Part shown: positions 48,621 to 61,861 of the stretch, piece by piece
Numbering within the stretch: the stretch's first letter is position 1
Layout of the letters: every line of letters begins with the position of its first letter
Assembly: GCA_964016885.1 (NCBI GenBank)
Contig: OZ024743.1
Location: 74,462,001 to 74,526,000, forward strand
Direction of reading: 5' to 3'
Length of the DNA: 64,000 nt
DNA from: Eledone cirrhosa
Taxonomy: Eukaryota
Made by a program: the position numbers and the translations under genes
The notes under the pieces: model-generated
Databases searched by the model: none
What the model was told of the DNA's origin: nothing
What the model saw: the letters and a program-made list of their open reading frames with translations, nothing else

Positions 48621-49802
48621 TGTGTGAGTGTATGTGTTTCTGTGTTTATATTTATTTATTCATATATATATATAAATGTATACATATACACACCACGATA
48701 TTATCTTGGTTAACTATGTTAGTAGTGGATAGTTTATCCACAAAAATGTTTGCAATAAAAGAATTAAACTAAAACCTTAGTTTTGTACCATGTTTATATA
48801 TAGAAAGCTACAATTAGCCCTCATTTTTGACGGCACTGGGGCAGCTAGTCATATATTATAGACTTAAGGACACAATTGCAAGAGAACTCTGAGTAAATAT
48901 GTTTGGAACGCGGTGAGCGAAGTTTAAAATTAAAATAGAAATGGAAGCTCGCCATAATATTTTTGACTGTAATACAGTCTAATAATGGGGCATATTAACC
49001 CACTGAACGGAAAAATTCTAGTTTGACATAAACCCTTCCTTCTCTTCGCCATGACATACAGCTGTATAATACACACGAGACAACGGCAGATCCTCTTCAA
49101 AATGACAGCCTAATTTATCCAATAACTAAATTTTATCTATTGTTTACAGTATTCAGAATTCATACATACGATTTCATAGATATACAAAGACGTTTAATAG
49201 AGAAAAATTCACTTATATGCCTTCACACACACATATATACACTTATGTATGCTTTTACACTCACACACTCTTTAGCGTGAATTAGCACCCTCTCATTCAC
49301 ACACACACACACACGGTCAATTAATGCACACATTTAAATGTATTTACGTGTAAAAAGAACATACACGTACGCATCTATAAAACGTTACAGGTACATTCAT
49401 ACATCGGCTCACCCTCCTTCACATACATGTATACACATACACATACACACACATACATACATGCATACATACATACATAAAATATGTAAAACATTCCAAA
49501 AATTTTGCAACTAATAACTGCATATACACATGTATAGATACAAAGCGTATACACATGCACACATACAACTCAAAACGTACATATCCATACCTACAATAAC
49601 ATCCACACCTACACATGCATAATCTACCTAGTTGATGTATAAATTCCAATGAGAGACTCTTGTGTCTATGTTAGAAACCGACTCTCTCTCTATTGGTAAA
49701 AATTTGTGAAATTATAAAACATACATACATACATACATACATACATACATACATACATACATACATACATACATACATACATACATACATACATACATAC
49801 AT

Positions 49803-51117
49803 CAAAGAAAATATGATCATCAGAACTGTCAGCGTACAACAAATACATTGCCCACAATACTTATGCTGTGCCAATTCTAACGCCAACATTTGGCCTGCTG
49901 AACTGGTCATTGCAAGAACTAAGTGAGATGGATGTTAGAACTCGAAAACTTCTCAGTGTTACTGGGAACTTTAACATCAATGGTGATGTGGATAGGCTAT
50001 ACTTCTCACGCAAGGAAGGTGGCCGGGTCTAAAATCAATATTAACAACATATGAGGCCCGGATAGTAACACTGAAGCAACACCTTCAACAGAGGAAAAAG
50101 GTTGGCAACCATCTTGCCCAGGTTTATGAGCATGAAAAAAAAAATATCATTAGAATAGCCACTGATCTGGAGGAGAGATATGGAATAAAGCCTGATATAA
50201 ATCTCTCACCCAGAGAAATCGGAAGATCCTATTCAATGTTCAAACAAGATTTTAAAAATGACCAATTTACAGAAAAAGTTGTGCATGGATACTTGAGGCG
50301 TAAAACACAGACCATAGAGGGGATAAACCACTCAAAAATCCTGGCATGGAGTTCCGACAAGTTTATGACATCACACCTTGAGGGATATCTCTATGCAATA
50401 CAGGAACAAGAACTCCCTACCAAATATCTGCTGCACAAAAGAGGAGGGTCAGCACCTGACAATAAATGTAGGCTATGTGAAACAAAGATCGAGGATGTAA
50501 GCCACATTGTTGCCAGCTGCGAAAGAATGTCATCTCGCTACTACCTCCCCATGAGACACGATGGGATAGCTAGAACCATCTGGAACGCACTTCGGAAAAC
50601 AAAATTAACAACAAGCTAGGAAGAATATATTGAGACAGATGGCACTAAGGAATACTGGTGGAACCTAAAAATAAAAACTGCCACCAAATTAAAGCACAAC
50701 CGGCCTGATATTGTTGTTTGGGACCACACATTGAAAACGTGTTCTGTTGTGGAGATCAGCTGCCCACTTGATGTAAACGTTGTCAGAAAAATACAGGAGA
50801 AGGAGGACATCTACAGACCATTGATGAGGAGTTTACAAATCCAGTATCCAGGATACACCTTTAGCTTCATACCCATCATTATTGGAGCTACGGGTTATAT
50901 ACCAACCCGCTTGGACCAAAGTATGACTGAACTTGGATTTGCGGACAAAAAGCGCAGCTCCCTAATTCATAGTCTACAAAGGGCTGCGATAGCTGGCACC
51001 TTCAAAATTTGCAAAACATTCTTGCGATTCAAGGGATGACAATTTCTTTTCTTTTACAACCTTGCCACCAGGAAGGTGGCCGGTTAAAAAAAATGTACTC
51101 GAAATTAAGAGAAAGAG
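49803..51117 (+). mobile_element. 5'-truncated R4/Dong-like RLE retrotransposon inserted in (TACA)n
   Basis: NTYAVPIL..VDRLY.SRKEGG (RT thumb); CRLC..EDVSHIVASC zinc knuckle; RHD; HNRPDIVV..VVEISCP..EKEDIY RLE motifs; (TACA)n on both flanks. Confidence 0.9.
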
Positions 51118-51341
51118 ATACATACATACATACATACATACATACATACATACATACATACATACATACATACATACATACATACATACATACATACATA
51201 CCAGGGGCGAAGGGTGCGTGCATGCAACGCATGCAGTTCATGCATTATAGAATCTTGAGTTGATCAATTATGTCGGTTGGAGCAAGCAGAATTTTGGCTG
51301 CTTACTAAATCGTAGACACATAAAAAGATAACACACACACC

Positions 51342-51399
<58 letters not shown>

Positions 51400-51852
51400 A
51401 TAACACTACATGCGGCTTTGACCGGGAGGGTCATTTAGAGGGAATGGGGGGGGGGGGGGTAAGGTTGCACAGCCCCACTTTCCGCCATGGCGATTGGACT
51501 GCATGCCCTGCTTTCCAGGTTACCCTTCCCCACTGATACATACATCTACATACATATATATATACATTGACCTTTCCACCACTGCTTTCTATCTTTACAC
51601 ACGGCACTAGACAAAATTGTTTCTTCATCATACGCTCTCATCCTGGAACAGTTCTGTATGGCGCCAGTTCGTGATTTGAACTCGGGAATTTTATATTCTC
51701 CGAGTAAGAAGAACCCTCTTGACGAAAGTCTTCTTCTCAATGGATTTCCGCATGGATTATCCATTTATTTTGAGACTTGAAACCGCGCGGAAAGGGTAAT
51801 TATAGCAGGTACAGTGAACTTTTTAAAACTTTTTCTTATTTGCTAAAGCTTG

Positions 51853-51908
<56 letters not shown>

Positions 51909-51911
<3 letters not shown>

Positions 51912-52248
51912 TAAAGAAAGACCCCCTTCGGTCACAAAAAACCATGGGGTTTGCACCTAGAAAATTCCCCTCCGAGGCACAAGTTCGGGCAGGTTGTTGT
52001 GGAAGACTAGCAGTCATCCATGCATACCAGTCTCCCCTCTCCACACCACCGATGTTGTCCAAGAGAAAGGTGATGACCGATACAGCTTGGCACCAGTGAC
52101 GTCGCAACTCATCTCTACAGCTGAGTAAACTGGAGCAACTGGAAATAAAGTGTCTTGCTCAAGAACACAACGCATCACTCGGTCCGAGAATCACTCACAA
52201 CTTTACGATTGCAACCCCAATGGTCTAACCACTAAGCCATGCGCCTTC
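51909..52248 (-). mobile_element. Long tRNA-derived SINE (family B head, different 3' part)
   Basis: GGCGCATGGCTTAGTGGTTAG head; CTTGAGCAAGACACTTTATTTC body. Confidence 0.8.
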
Positions 52249-53129
52249 ATTAGATACCGTCTTGAAGGATAGACGTGTTTTCTTGGGCTCTGCTAGAGTC
52301 AGCAGCAACACACACAACCCCGTGTTGCTACACACAGGGAAAACAAAATAACCCCCGAAATATATATAAATAACCCCCGAAATGTACATCTATATTTTCA
52401 TATCTAAATATCGTTATTATTATTTACTGATGTCCCTCTGTGTTTAACGTGAAATACAAGTTCATTAATATATGTAACTGCATATATACATATATGTATG
52501 TGTGTGCACTTTCCTGTGATTGCACTTTCCTGTGATTTGCCTGCTATTTCTAGCAACTTCAATGACCACATAATTGGTTTGTAATTTTGTTTTAAAGTGT
52601 AAGGGTTTACACAGCCATTTATAAATTTCTAAGAGATACGCTTACGATGAGATACACTTATTAAAAATACTTTCATTGCATAGTTCCGTTTGTAAAGGCT
52701 TTAATTTACTGTACTACTCGGGAACCTTTTAATAACATACAGGATTAAGTCCATGTTTTTTCAACCAATTAATGGTATCTGCTGTAGTAGCGGTAGCGAT
52801 GATTAATTCCATTTACGCTGGGGTATAATGTAGAATTCATATTTTTCAAGTTGCAAATACGTGTATTATCCCAAAGTGAAAAAACCAAGTTTTGCATCAA
52901 CGTGGTGATTTCAAAGTTTATTTATTTACACATGGTGGTGGTGGTGATACGGAAATAAACGAAGGTTGATGAATGACGTCAGATTGACGTCACATTCTTC
53001 TACTTTCACTTCTGACAGCCAATTCCGTTGTAGTGCCTCAACTTTTCCACATCTACTCTGTCTGAATGTTCTTAACGTAATATCTGCTCCAAACTCTATT
53101 TAAGATTTGTATACCATACATTGATAATC

Positions 53130-54345
53130 TTACGCTTGAATTACCCATTACTCAAATACTTTTGCGTTCCAAACATTCGCGGCATTAATTCCCTGTCTAA
53201 TACAAGATTCCTGGAATCAAAATGTGTTGCTATGATGGAATACATCCTAGAATGGAAACATAACCACAAATAATTGTTTCTACTTTTGGCACAAGACCAG
53301 CAATTAACCAGTGCATTACTGGTACTTTATTTTATCGACCCTGTAAGGATGAAAGCAAAGTTAACCTCGGCGGGATTTGAACTCAGAATGGCAAGGATGC
53401 TATAAACCATTGATAGGAACCTCACAAATATAACGCACCAAAATATACGCGAAGAGCGAGAGAAAGAAACAAAATAAAAGGAAGGGGGACAAAAAAAAAC
53501 GACCACCAATTCACTGCAAAATAAAATTTTTTGAATTGGATTAGAAAGTAAGAAGAAATACAAATTAAAAACAAACCAACACGTGTTGCTCCCCACACGG
53601 ATATACACACATATATGTGTGTATTTGACATACCAACACATATGTACGTGGGCATACATGTATGTATATATGTATGTGGTATGCTAATATTATGCCATTC
53701 CTTGGAGCAAGCATACCCATTTACAGGCTTTTTCATCCCATTGAATGAGAGCCGTACAGAGCTGTTATACTAGTCGCGAACTATTAAACATTATAGTTCG
53801 CCATACGTAACTCAACACGCGAAGCCCATAAAGATGTTGATCCTGACATCAATGAAGGAAATTTGCTGCATCAGATACCAACCCTCTTGAGTTAATGAAT
53901 TTTTATCTTAAACATTTACCACGCTGCTTCATCACTTCTAAGATATTCTCAAATCCACTAGACTCTATTCATATCTACATTGATGATTTTTACGCTTGGA
54001 TTATCTGATTACCCAATAGTCAAACATTCGCGGCATTAACTCACAGTTTAATCCGTGATGCTGGGAAGCAGTATATGCTGTTATGATGGAATACATCCTA
54101 GAATGGAAATATAACCTCAAATAATTGTTTCTACATTTGGCACAAGGCCATCAAATTACCCAGTACATTACTGGTACTTCTCAAATAATAACTGCTAGGA
54201 ACCTCACAAATTTAACGCACCGAAACATACGAGAAGAGCGAGAGAAATAAATAAAAACGAATGGAAACATAAAACAAAACAAAACAAAACCGACCACCAA
54301 TTCACTGCCAAAGAATTTGAATCGGATTAGACAGAGAGAAAGAAA
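53130..54345. repeat. Diverged ~400-bp direct duplication (53130-53560 and 53990-54345), each copy with a SINE A tail at the same site
   Basis: Shared CAAACATTCGCGGCATTAA, TATGATGGAATACATCCTAGAATGGAAA and GACCACCAATTCACTGC. Confidence 0.85.
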
Positions 54346-54659
54346 AGACCCCTCAAAAAATAGAGAATATATTTATTATTAACAACAACAACTCTACCCT
54401 CAAGAGGAAGCCAACCTCTGCATCAGTGACTCACCTCCAGCCACAAGGTCCTATGACAAACTGCTAATTTGCTCGCATGTGTGCGGGCTGAACTCTGGGT
54501 CTTTCCGCTGGGAACAACCCCCTGTTTTCTCCCCCCCCCACCTTTTTTTGTACATTCATCCATTCACTCATTCATTTGCTAACATTCTACCTTCCTCTGT
54601 GTCCCCCTCCATGCAGTTCCTTCTTTTCTCTCTTGTTTTTTGACACATCTATATATATA

Positions 54660-55690
54660 GGTGAGCTATGAGGCCCACTTACCAGCACTTTCCCTTCCAC
54701 CCACACACGCCAGCCACCCACACTTGATGCCGCTCGGTGCCCCAGTCCCCGACCCCACGCCCCGCCCCAACCCCCATCCTTCCAAGCCGACACCTGCAGT
54801 ACTTGCAGCACCACTAACAAACGAAAGAGGGGCCAGAACTGTTTGGGGTGCGGCTGCTTCCACCACCTCACCTGCGTTGGCTTGACTCGTCGAGCTTCCA
54901 ATGCCCCCGCACGTCTTTCAAGCCACGGTCGTCTGGCGCACCACCAGCTGACACAGCGAGCTTGCCTGACGCCCGAGCCTCGCTGGTCAACATCGCTCGG
55001 CTCAGGCGGCTCCGGAAGATCTCACTTAGGATCCCGAGAGCGGTACGGGTGTCGGTAGCCGATGCCCTCGCTTCCTCGATTGAGAGCGCCCTGGACTCCA
55101 ATCAAGCCAGTGACTGGGAGCGGCTGTTCTTTTTCGCCTCACTCGCACTCGGCCTCCCCAGCTCTGGCGGCCTCCAGCCGCTTTCCTGACACCACAGTGC
55201 CGCCCGCATTCCACGCCATGTTGCTCTCAACGAGGTCATTAAGCATGGCTTGGACGCTGCAGGCTTCCCTTCCCAGCTCGAGCCGGTAGGGCTGGATCGA
55301 GGGGACGGCAAAAGGCGAGATGGCATGACCATCTTCCCGTTCCACGGGGGCAAACCTCTCGTCTGGGATGCCACTTGCACCGACACTTTCTGCAGCCGCA
55401 ACCTGGTGCAGTCTGCGACTGACCCAGGTTCTGCTGCACGTCGGGCTGAGGGGGCCAAACTCTTCAAATACCGGTCGCTCTCCGACAGGTTTGCAGTCGT
55501 ATCCCTGGCAGTGGAGTCTTTTGGTATCCCCGGCCCCAGGGCTACCTCCTTACTCACCACCATAGGCGCTGAGCTGGCCAGCCGCTGGTGTGAGCCTCGC
55601 AAGTTGGAGTGGATCTTCCAGCGCGTCTCCCTCGCTCGCCGTCCTCCGGGGAAACGCCTTCTCCATCCTGTCCGCCGGGGCTGTGGGTGG
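54660..55690 (+). mobile_element. GC-rich, internally deleted CRE-like RLE retrotransposon (PHD finger, N-terminal region and RLE; no RT)
   Basis: CSTC..CLGC..HLTC..FQCPR; RIPRAVR..W.RLFFF; RHVALNEVI..LEPVGL..DGKR.DGMT..LVWDATC..K..KY..AVESFG. Confidence 0.8.
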
Positions 55691-56566
55691 GCCCCATCGC
55701 GTACCGTTGTAGTTGGTGTAGAAGAAACAGGAAGACAACATCTAAACTAAAACTTTACATTGTTACCTATTTTAATGATAGATAGATAGATAAATAGAGA
55801 CAGAGAGAGAGAGAGACTGGGGATGGAGGTGTATATCTAAATATGCATATAAATATATATATATATATATATGTATATATATTTACATGCATATTTAGAT
55901 ATATATATTAATATATATATTTATATTAATATATATATATATATATATATATAAAAACAAATAACGAAACGGTACATCTACATATGTATACGTGTGTGTA
56001 TTCATATACATACTAGTATTTCAGTATACATATATGGATGTACATCTTTAACTTAATTGTTTAAGCGTCAGTCATACAAAAGTGAGTTACAAACGAAACG
56101 AAATTTAATTTCGTTTCGTTATTTGTTTTTATCGTCTCCGTTGAACCGGTACTTACTCACACTCTATGCAAATTAGTCTGCCCACTACTAATTTTCATAG
56201 AAAAAGCATATAACGATATGTGCTTTTACGATTCTCTAGAAAGGCCGGAAGATAGGTAAATATTGCTGATGAGTTGTAACAACAACGAAACTAGTTCAAT
56301 GTTCCTTGTCTGGCTTTCTGGAGAATAGAGGAAAGGTGTTTCCTCAAAAACCAGTATGACTCTAAAAACCGGTTTGTCTGTGTGTTTACATACAGAATAG
56401 CTGGCCACTCACAGTAAAGTGACCAGTGAAAAAACTTGGTACATCTACATATGTATACGTGTGTGTATTCATATACATACTAGTATTTCAGTATACATAT
56501 ATGGATGTACATCTTTAACTTAATTGTTATATATATACATATATTAATATAAATATCTAAATACGC

Positions 56567-56625
<59 letters not shown>

Positions 56626-56630
<5 letters not shown>

Positions 56631-57362
56631 GAAGAGAGAAGAAACATTTAGATATAATTAGTAATAAAATGTATCATACCTAAACTGCTCCTAAATTCCT
56701 CGACTACGTAGTTTCGTGGCATAAACAAAAACAATATATCAAAGATATAGAGTCCCTGCGAGGTCTGCCGACTTATCAAGAGGATACCTCATTTTACTAG
56801 TCTCAAGAACGCGTCTACACGACGTGAGAAAGAATCCCAAAAGGCGGAGGGGGAGATAGTCACGCGATATAACGGTCGAGAAACAGAGCTAAGCCTCTTA
56901 TAACCACGAAGAAAATACCACGGAGGCGGAGGGGGTATTCATATCGAGGCCGTAGAAGAGGTAGTGAAGAAGGCGAGAAGTATGAGTAATGGAAGCTTTC
57001 CAGTTGTCCCCACACTTCAAAGATTGCTCGACCAGAGGGAGTTATTAATATATTTAGGAACACACAGATACATGCGGACACACACATATATACATGAATG
57101 CATCCGCACCCAACTGTGAGTTAAGGGTGCCAACTTCACCGATGTTGCTCAATGAATGACTGGGACAGACCAATTCAGTTTGAACCAGACTGAACCAGTA
57201 TCAGAGTTAAAAATACATTATGAAGAGAGAAGAAACATTTAGATATAATTAGTAATAAAATGTATCATACCTAAACTGCTCCTAAATTCCTCGACTACGT
57301 AGTTTCGTGGCATAAACAAAAACAATATATCAAAGATATAGAGTCCCTGCGAGGTCTGCCGA

Positions 57363-57367
<5 letters not shown>
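56626..57367 (-). mobile_element. Partial-tandem hammerhead unit, period 591 bp
   Basis: 56626-56776 matches 57217-57367; flanked by (TA)n. Confidence 0.8.
56697..56784 (-). ncRNA. Type I hammerhead, U3-A8 core variant
   Basis: TCCTC-TTGATAA-..GGCA..TGCC..-GAAA-ctacgtag-TC-GAGGA. Confidence 0.68.
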
Positions 57368-57457
<90 letters not shown>

Positions 57458-57958
57458 GGATTAACAAATAATAGTTAAATGCAGTCCACTTAGGTGAAGT
57501 CCAGTTATGGTATTCCAGGTAGTGGATGATATTAACGCTTGGCTTGGTTTGACTCAACAAGGCGTTTTCATAGTGATGCTGCGGGTATGCTGTAATTCCT
57601 ATGTTGTAAACACTTGGAGTAATAATAAATCAGGAAAGAAGGTTTACATGGTTTGCTATACAAAAAAGTTTTTAATCACATAGCTTACATTTGTTTCACT
57701 GAACTGGTATGTCTAGAGATCGCTATCCGCCTAATTTTGCGTCACTCGATCGCCAATACAGAATTATAACCAGTCAGATCTTCGGAGCATGCGAGAATGA
57801 AGAAAATACACAGGCAAGAAAATAAAAGAAAATATGGAGTGACGCAAAATTAGGCGGATAGCGATCTCTAGACATACCAGTTCAGTGAAACAAATGTAAG
57901 CTATGTGATTAAAAACTTTTTTGTATAGCAAACCATGTAAACCTTCTTTCCTGATTTA
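57458..57958. mobile_element. Fold-back unit with tail on the left; U4C hammerhead with long helix II at 57683-57788 (-)
   Basis: Arms ~57625-57748 and 57837-57958; GCT-CCGAAGA-..-GAAA-caaatg-TA-AGC. Confidence 0.8.
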
Positions 57959-58378
57959 TATATATATATATATATATTTATATGCATATTTAGATATATA
58001 CCCCACCCCCAGTCTCTCTCTCTGTCTCTATTTCTCTATCTATCTATAATTAAAATAGGTAACAATGTAAAGTTTTAGTTCAGATGTTGTCTTCCTGGCG
58101 GGCAGTACTTGATTTATGAGTCGCAAAAACCCAAATGCTGGATTTTACCAACCATCCAGGGATCCGGGTATATTTTTTCAATCACATATATTTTTATTTG
58201 TTTGACCCGAATTACTTGGTCGTTTTGTCGTTGTGCGGATGATTGTTTAACCATTGTCTCAGTGTGTTTGGTCTTTGACGTATGTTGTAGCTCTGGTTCA
58301 TCTGAATCATTGAGCGCTTGCCACACATCTCGGAAGTTGTTTTTCCTTAATTCCTAAGCCGAAATACGATTCTTGCTA

Positions 58379-58420
<42 letters not shown>

Positions 58421-58440
58421 TGTATATATATATATATATA

Positions 58441-58511
<71 letters not shown>

Positions 58512-60358
58512 GTAAATATATATATTAATATATATATATCTAAATATGCATATAAATATATATAGTATTAAGGGTACTATTTATGGTTATGTATGCAATA
58601 AGACCTTTGATGGTAATATATTATATATACACAAACCCTAAATAGTGAGAGATAGTCTTTAATTACTATCCTATTACCAGTAAGATAAATAGCTCAATGT
58701 AATAACATCAGTTGTTATACAGAGCAGTTATATAGAGATTACAGTAATCAAAGTTCAGTTTAAGTCATTTATTTGCTTACAATTGTTTCCTCCAAACCGA
58801 GGTTTGGATTCTTCGGAGCAGCTATTTATAACATACTTGACCTCCTTTTCAACCCAAGAGACACATAAAACATATGCGCATATTGATCAACAGTGGGGTG
58901 ACATTCATCAAATGAAATAGCATGGCAATTTACATATAAAGTGTTACATGATAAAAATAAAATAAAAACAAGAGTGAAAATAAGAGTGAAAATAAAGATA
59001 AACATGAAGCGTTGGCAGTCTATGATGATAAAGCAAGAGGAAAGCTTAGAGTAGTCAGTGTATGAAGCAATCTCCCGTGTAGCATGCACGCTTGTCTTAT
59101 CTATACATGATTAGAGTGCGTCAGAATGATATTTGCTGGGTCAGGCAGTTGAAGCAGGCGATCGATCTTATTATATAGGCTGAATTATTAAGTCATTTAT
59201 TCTCATACATCTGTATGATATACAGTCTCGGATGCGGGGAAACACCAAAATATCAAAAACCTTCAACATACTATAAACCTTATTGTATCGTAGGCAAGGT
59301 CGTACCACTGTCCTTGCTCACACCACCACTCACATAATCCACGAGACGCAATATATATATAGAGAACACGCGTCTATCGTATAATTCGCAGTGGTTCAGC
59401 ATATAGTCAAGCTATAAACCGTATCCAGTCGGTTCTTAATTAATATATCATGCTGTCCAAATTCCGGAAGTGCCTGAATGATTAAGGGGAATTAATGCGT
59501 AAGGGGAGGTAACTAGCTAGTTATTTTAGTTACATTACTATGCTAAACTACATTAATGGTGATTCAAATACGTGCCTATCAAGTGAAGTTATAACTAATA
59601 TCTAGAGTATGGTACCCATTTATAGGTTAGAGAGTTGTTCATTAAGAAGTACAAGGGTGTATATATTAGGATGATTACCAACCATTAATTAAGGGGTGTC
59701 ATATCTGAACGTTCTATAAGAGGAGTCAGACTCTCAAGTCACTGCTCCATGCAAATGTAATATAACAGTAGGCCCTGGTATGGTCCCACTATTATATATG
59801 CCACCCGGTAGGCTCCGGGTCATTGCTTGCCTGCATCTCCAGTAAATCTTCGGTATGGTCCGGAGATCCGATCTCTCATATAAATGCACTAGTCTGGCCA
59901 TCAGGTAATAGACAACCCCCGTCTCAAATATAAATCAATTATGTATCACATCTCCAAGCTAGAGTGGAGTCTATTAATAGGTATTAAAGGAGTCCACATC
60001 AAGATGATTACGTGCATAATTCAATGAACTGATCACTTACAGTATATAATCACTTAACAATACGATTATCTATCTAATCATCAGTCTATCTCTTGGTGGT
60101 AATCCGTGCACAGGACTATGCTATCACAGCCAGTACCGTGTCCCCAGTTTATACTAATCTTATATTTGTGCAATGCAGAATAAGTAGTCCACGGTCGAGA
60201 TATCAGTATTAGAGGTACAAGGGGGTGTTCCCAGGGTAGGTGGCACTAAAATGCTGTCAGTATTATCTTTAGAGTATAGAGATGGGTGTGGATGTGAGGT
60301 GTAAGGTGTGCTACTGATGTTAATTGCTATGGGTGGTGCCGGTTCCAGTCTGACATTA

Positions 60359-61861
60359 TTATATATAGGGTTTAAAGTTTTGGAACGAGTGTCGGAGGCG
60401 GTGTTGGCAATTTGCGAACACTTCTGATATTTTATTAAGGAGATTATGTTTAGAGAAGATGATAGTATGGGTCTCTAGTAGACAGAGGTTACAAAATTTA
60501 TCGGGTGGTTTGTACGATGTTGCACTACCTACCACTTCCCATTTAAGTGTATATATTTTATTTTTAGTTTTTAGATAGTGTATGTAGCTAGATAGTGAAG
60601 TGGAGTTGGCTAGACTGTGTTTTTTGAAAGAGTGGAGGTGCGAATTGTATCTAGTTTTGAAGCAGTTAGAAGTGGGGCCTATGTAGGTTTCAGAAGAGCT
60701 GTTAGTTGTGACTGTACATGAGTATATGATATCCTTGGTTAAGCATTTTTTATCTAAAGGGCAGGTTCTACTTGATCTACAGTTACAATTACTCTGGGTG
60801 CTAGTCTGCCGGTTACTATGCTGTGTAGAAGTTTGGAGGTTAGCTATAGGGTTATGGTTATGCGGGTTGTGGTACGCAGCGTTAATGTTTACACTAGTGC
60901 TATTACTATTATTTCCATTGATATTACGGTTATTTGTTATAATGTTACTTTGACTGTTATTTTGAATGTTATTTTGAAGGTTTATCGACCGTTGTGATTT
61001 AGTTTGTTGGAAGTAAGAATTAATTTTTCTTTTATTTGTACTAGCTATGTGGTATGCTAAGTTAGGCGTAGTAGAGTATGAGATCTTAATAGTGTTTTTG
61101 TTTAAAAGGCCGTGGTACCTGTGGCCGGATGGGAAGTGTTTATCTAGTAGTGAGAAGAAAGCCCTAGGAAGGTTGGTAGAGACGTTTAAGTTGAAAGGAG
61201 GGTTGAAAAATGTATTATTTCTTCTTCTATTTCTGTTTTTTATGTCTGGTGATTTGTTTCCTTTAATGTTCCTATGGTCATTTCTGTGGTGCGGGTTACT
61301 CTTGTTGTTACAATCCCTATTAGTGTGTGTGCAGTTGCTATTCTTATTATTAAATTTTCCCATGGACATGTTGTGTGAAATGATGTTGTAGCTATGTGTT
61401 TTTGTAGGTAGGAACTCTATCCCTGTATTATGGCCTGATCTAGCTAATGCCTGATTATAATACTGCGAGTTATTGTTAAATGTGTTTATGTCATAGGATA
61501 GATTAGAGATTCTATTAGATACTCCCTTAGAGATAGAGTTCAATATAGATTTAGGGTGGTTAGACTTGGTATCTACGTAAATGAGTTTTTCATTAGGTTT
61601 GTGGAAAGGTGCATATATCATTGAGTCTAAGTAGAGTGTGGCGTCTAGGAAGTTGACGTTTTTGGTGTTTTTGTCCATGGTAATACTAAGGTTAAAGTTT
61701 TTGAATGTTTTGTGCAATAGTTTTCTAGTCCTTTCTATATTGAATTTTTTATAGTCTATAAGTAGAAGTGCATCGTCGCGATACAAACCACCGCTGAGGT
61801 ACGGAAGCTCCCTGTGGATTAGGTTAAGTAAGTATAGGCCAACCAAGTCAGTGACCTGCGC
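60359..61861 (-). CDS. PLE polyprotein, 5'-truncated but uninterrupted: RT motifs 4-7, thumb, Cys-rich linker, GIY-YIG endonuclease
   Basis: AQVTDLVGLYLL, GLYRDDAL, VNFLDAT, SNHP, FFNPPF, CNC..CPLDKKC, IIY..TYIG..FKTRYNSH, CNLC..E, LLNK..CQH. Confidence 0.92.
   Translation of the reverse strand, partial: AQVTDLVGLYLLNLIHRELPYLSGGLYRDDALLLIDYKKFNIERTRKLLHKTFKNFNLSITMDKNTKNVNFLDATLYLDSMIYAPFHKPNEKLIYVDTKSNHPKSILNSISKGVSNRISNLSYDINTFNNNSQYYNQALARSGHNTGIEFLPTKTHSYNIISHNMSMGKFNNKNSNCTHTNRDCNNKSNPHHRNDHRNIKGNKSPDIKNRNRRRNNTFFNPPFNLNVSTNLPRAFFSLLDKHFPSGHRYHGLLNKNTIKISYSTTPNLAYHIASTNKRKINSYFQQTKSQRSINLQNNIQNNSQSNIITNNRNINGNNSNSTSVNINAAYHNPHNHNPIANLQTSTQHSNRQTSTQSNCNCRSSRTCPLDKKCLTKDIIYSCTVTTNSSSETYIGPTSNCFKTRYNSHLHSFKKHSLANSTSLSSYIHYLKTKNKIYTLKWEVVGSATSYKPPDKFCNLCLLETHTIIFSKHNLLNKISEVFANCQHRLRHSFQNFKPYI

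Larger units (their letters stand above)
55728..58097. repeat. ~130-bp inverted repeats enclosing nested (TA)n-inserted units
   Basis: 55728-55860 is the reverse complement of ~57975-58097. Confidence 0.8.

Noticed and set aside
54409-54530. Possible HDV-like ribozyme upstream of the CRE-like element
   Set aside because: Could not assign the nested double pseudoknot pairings by eye
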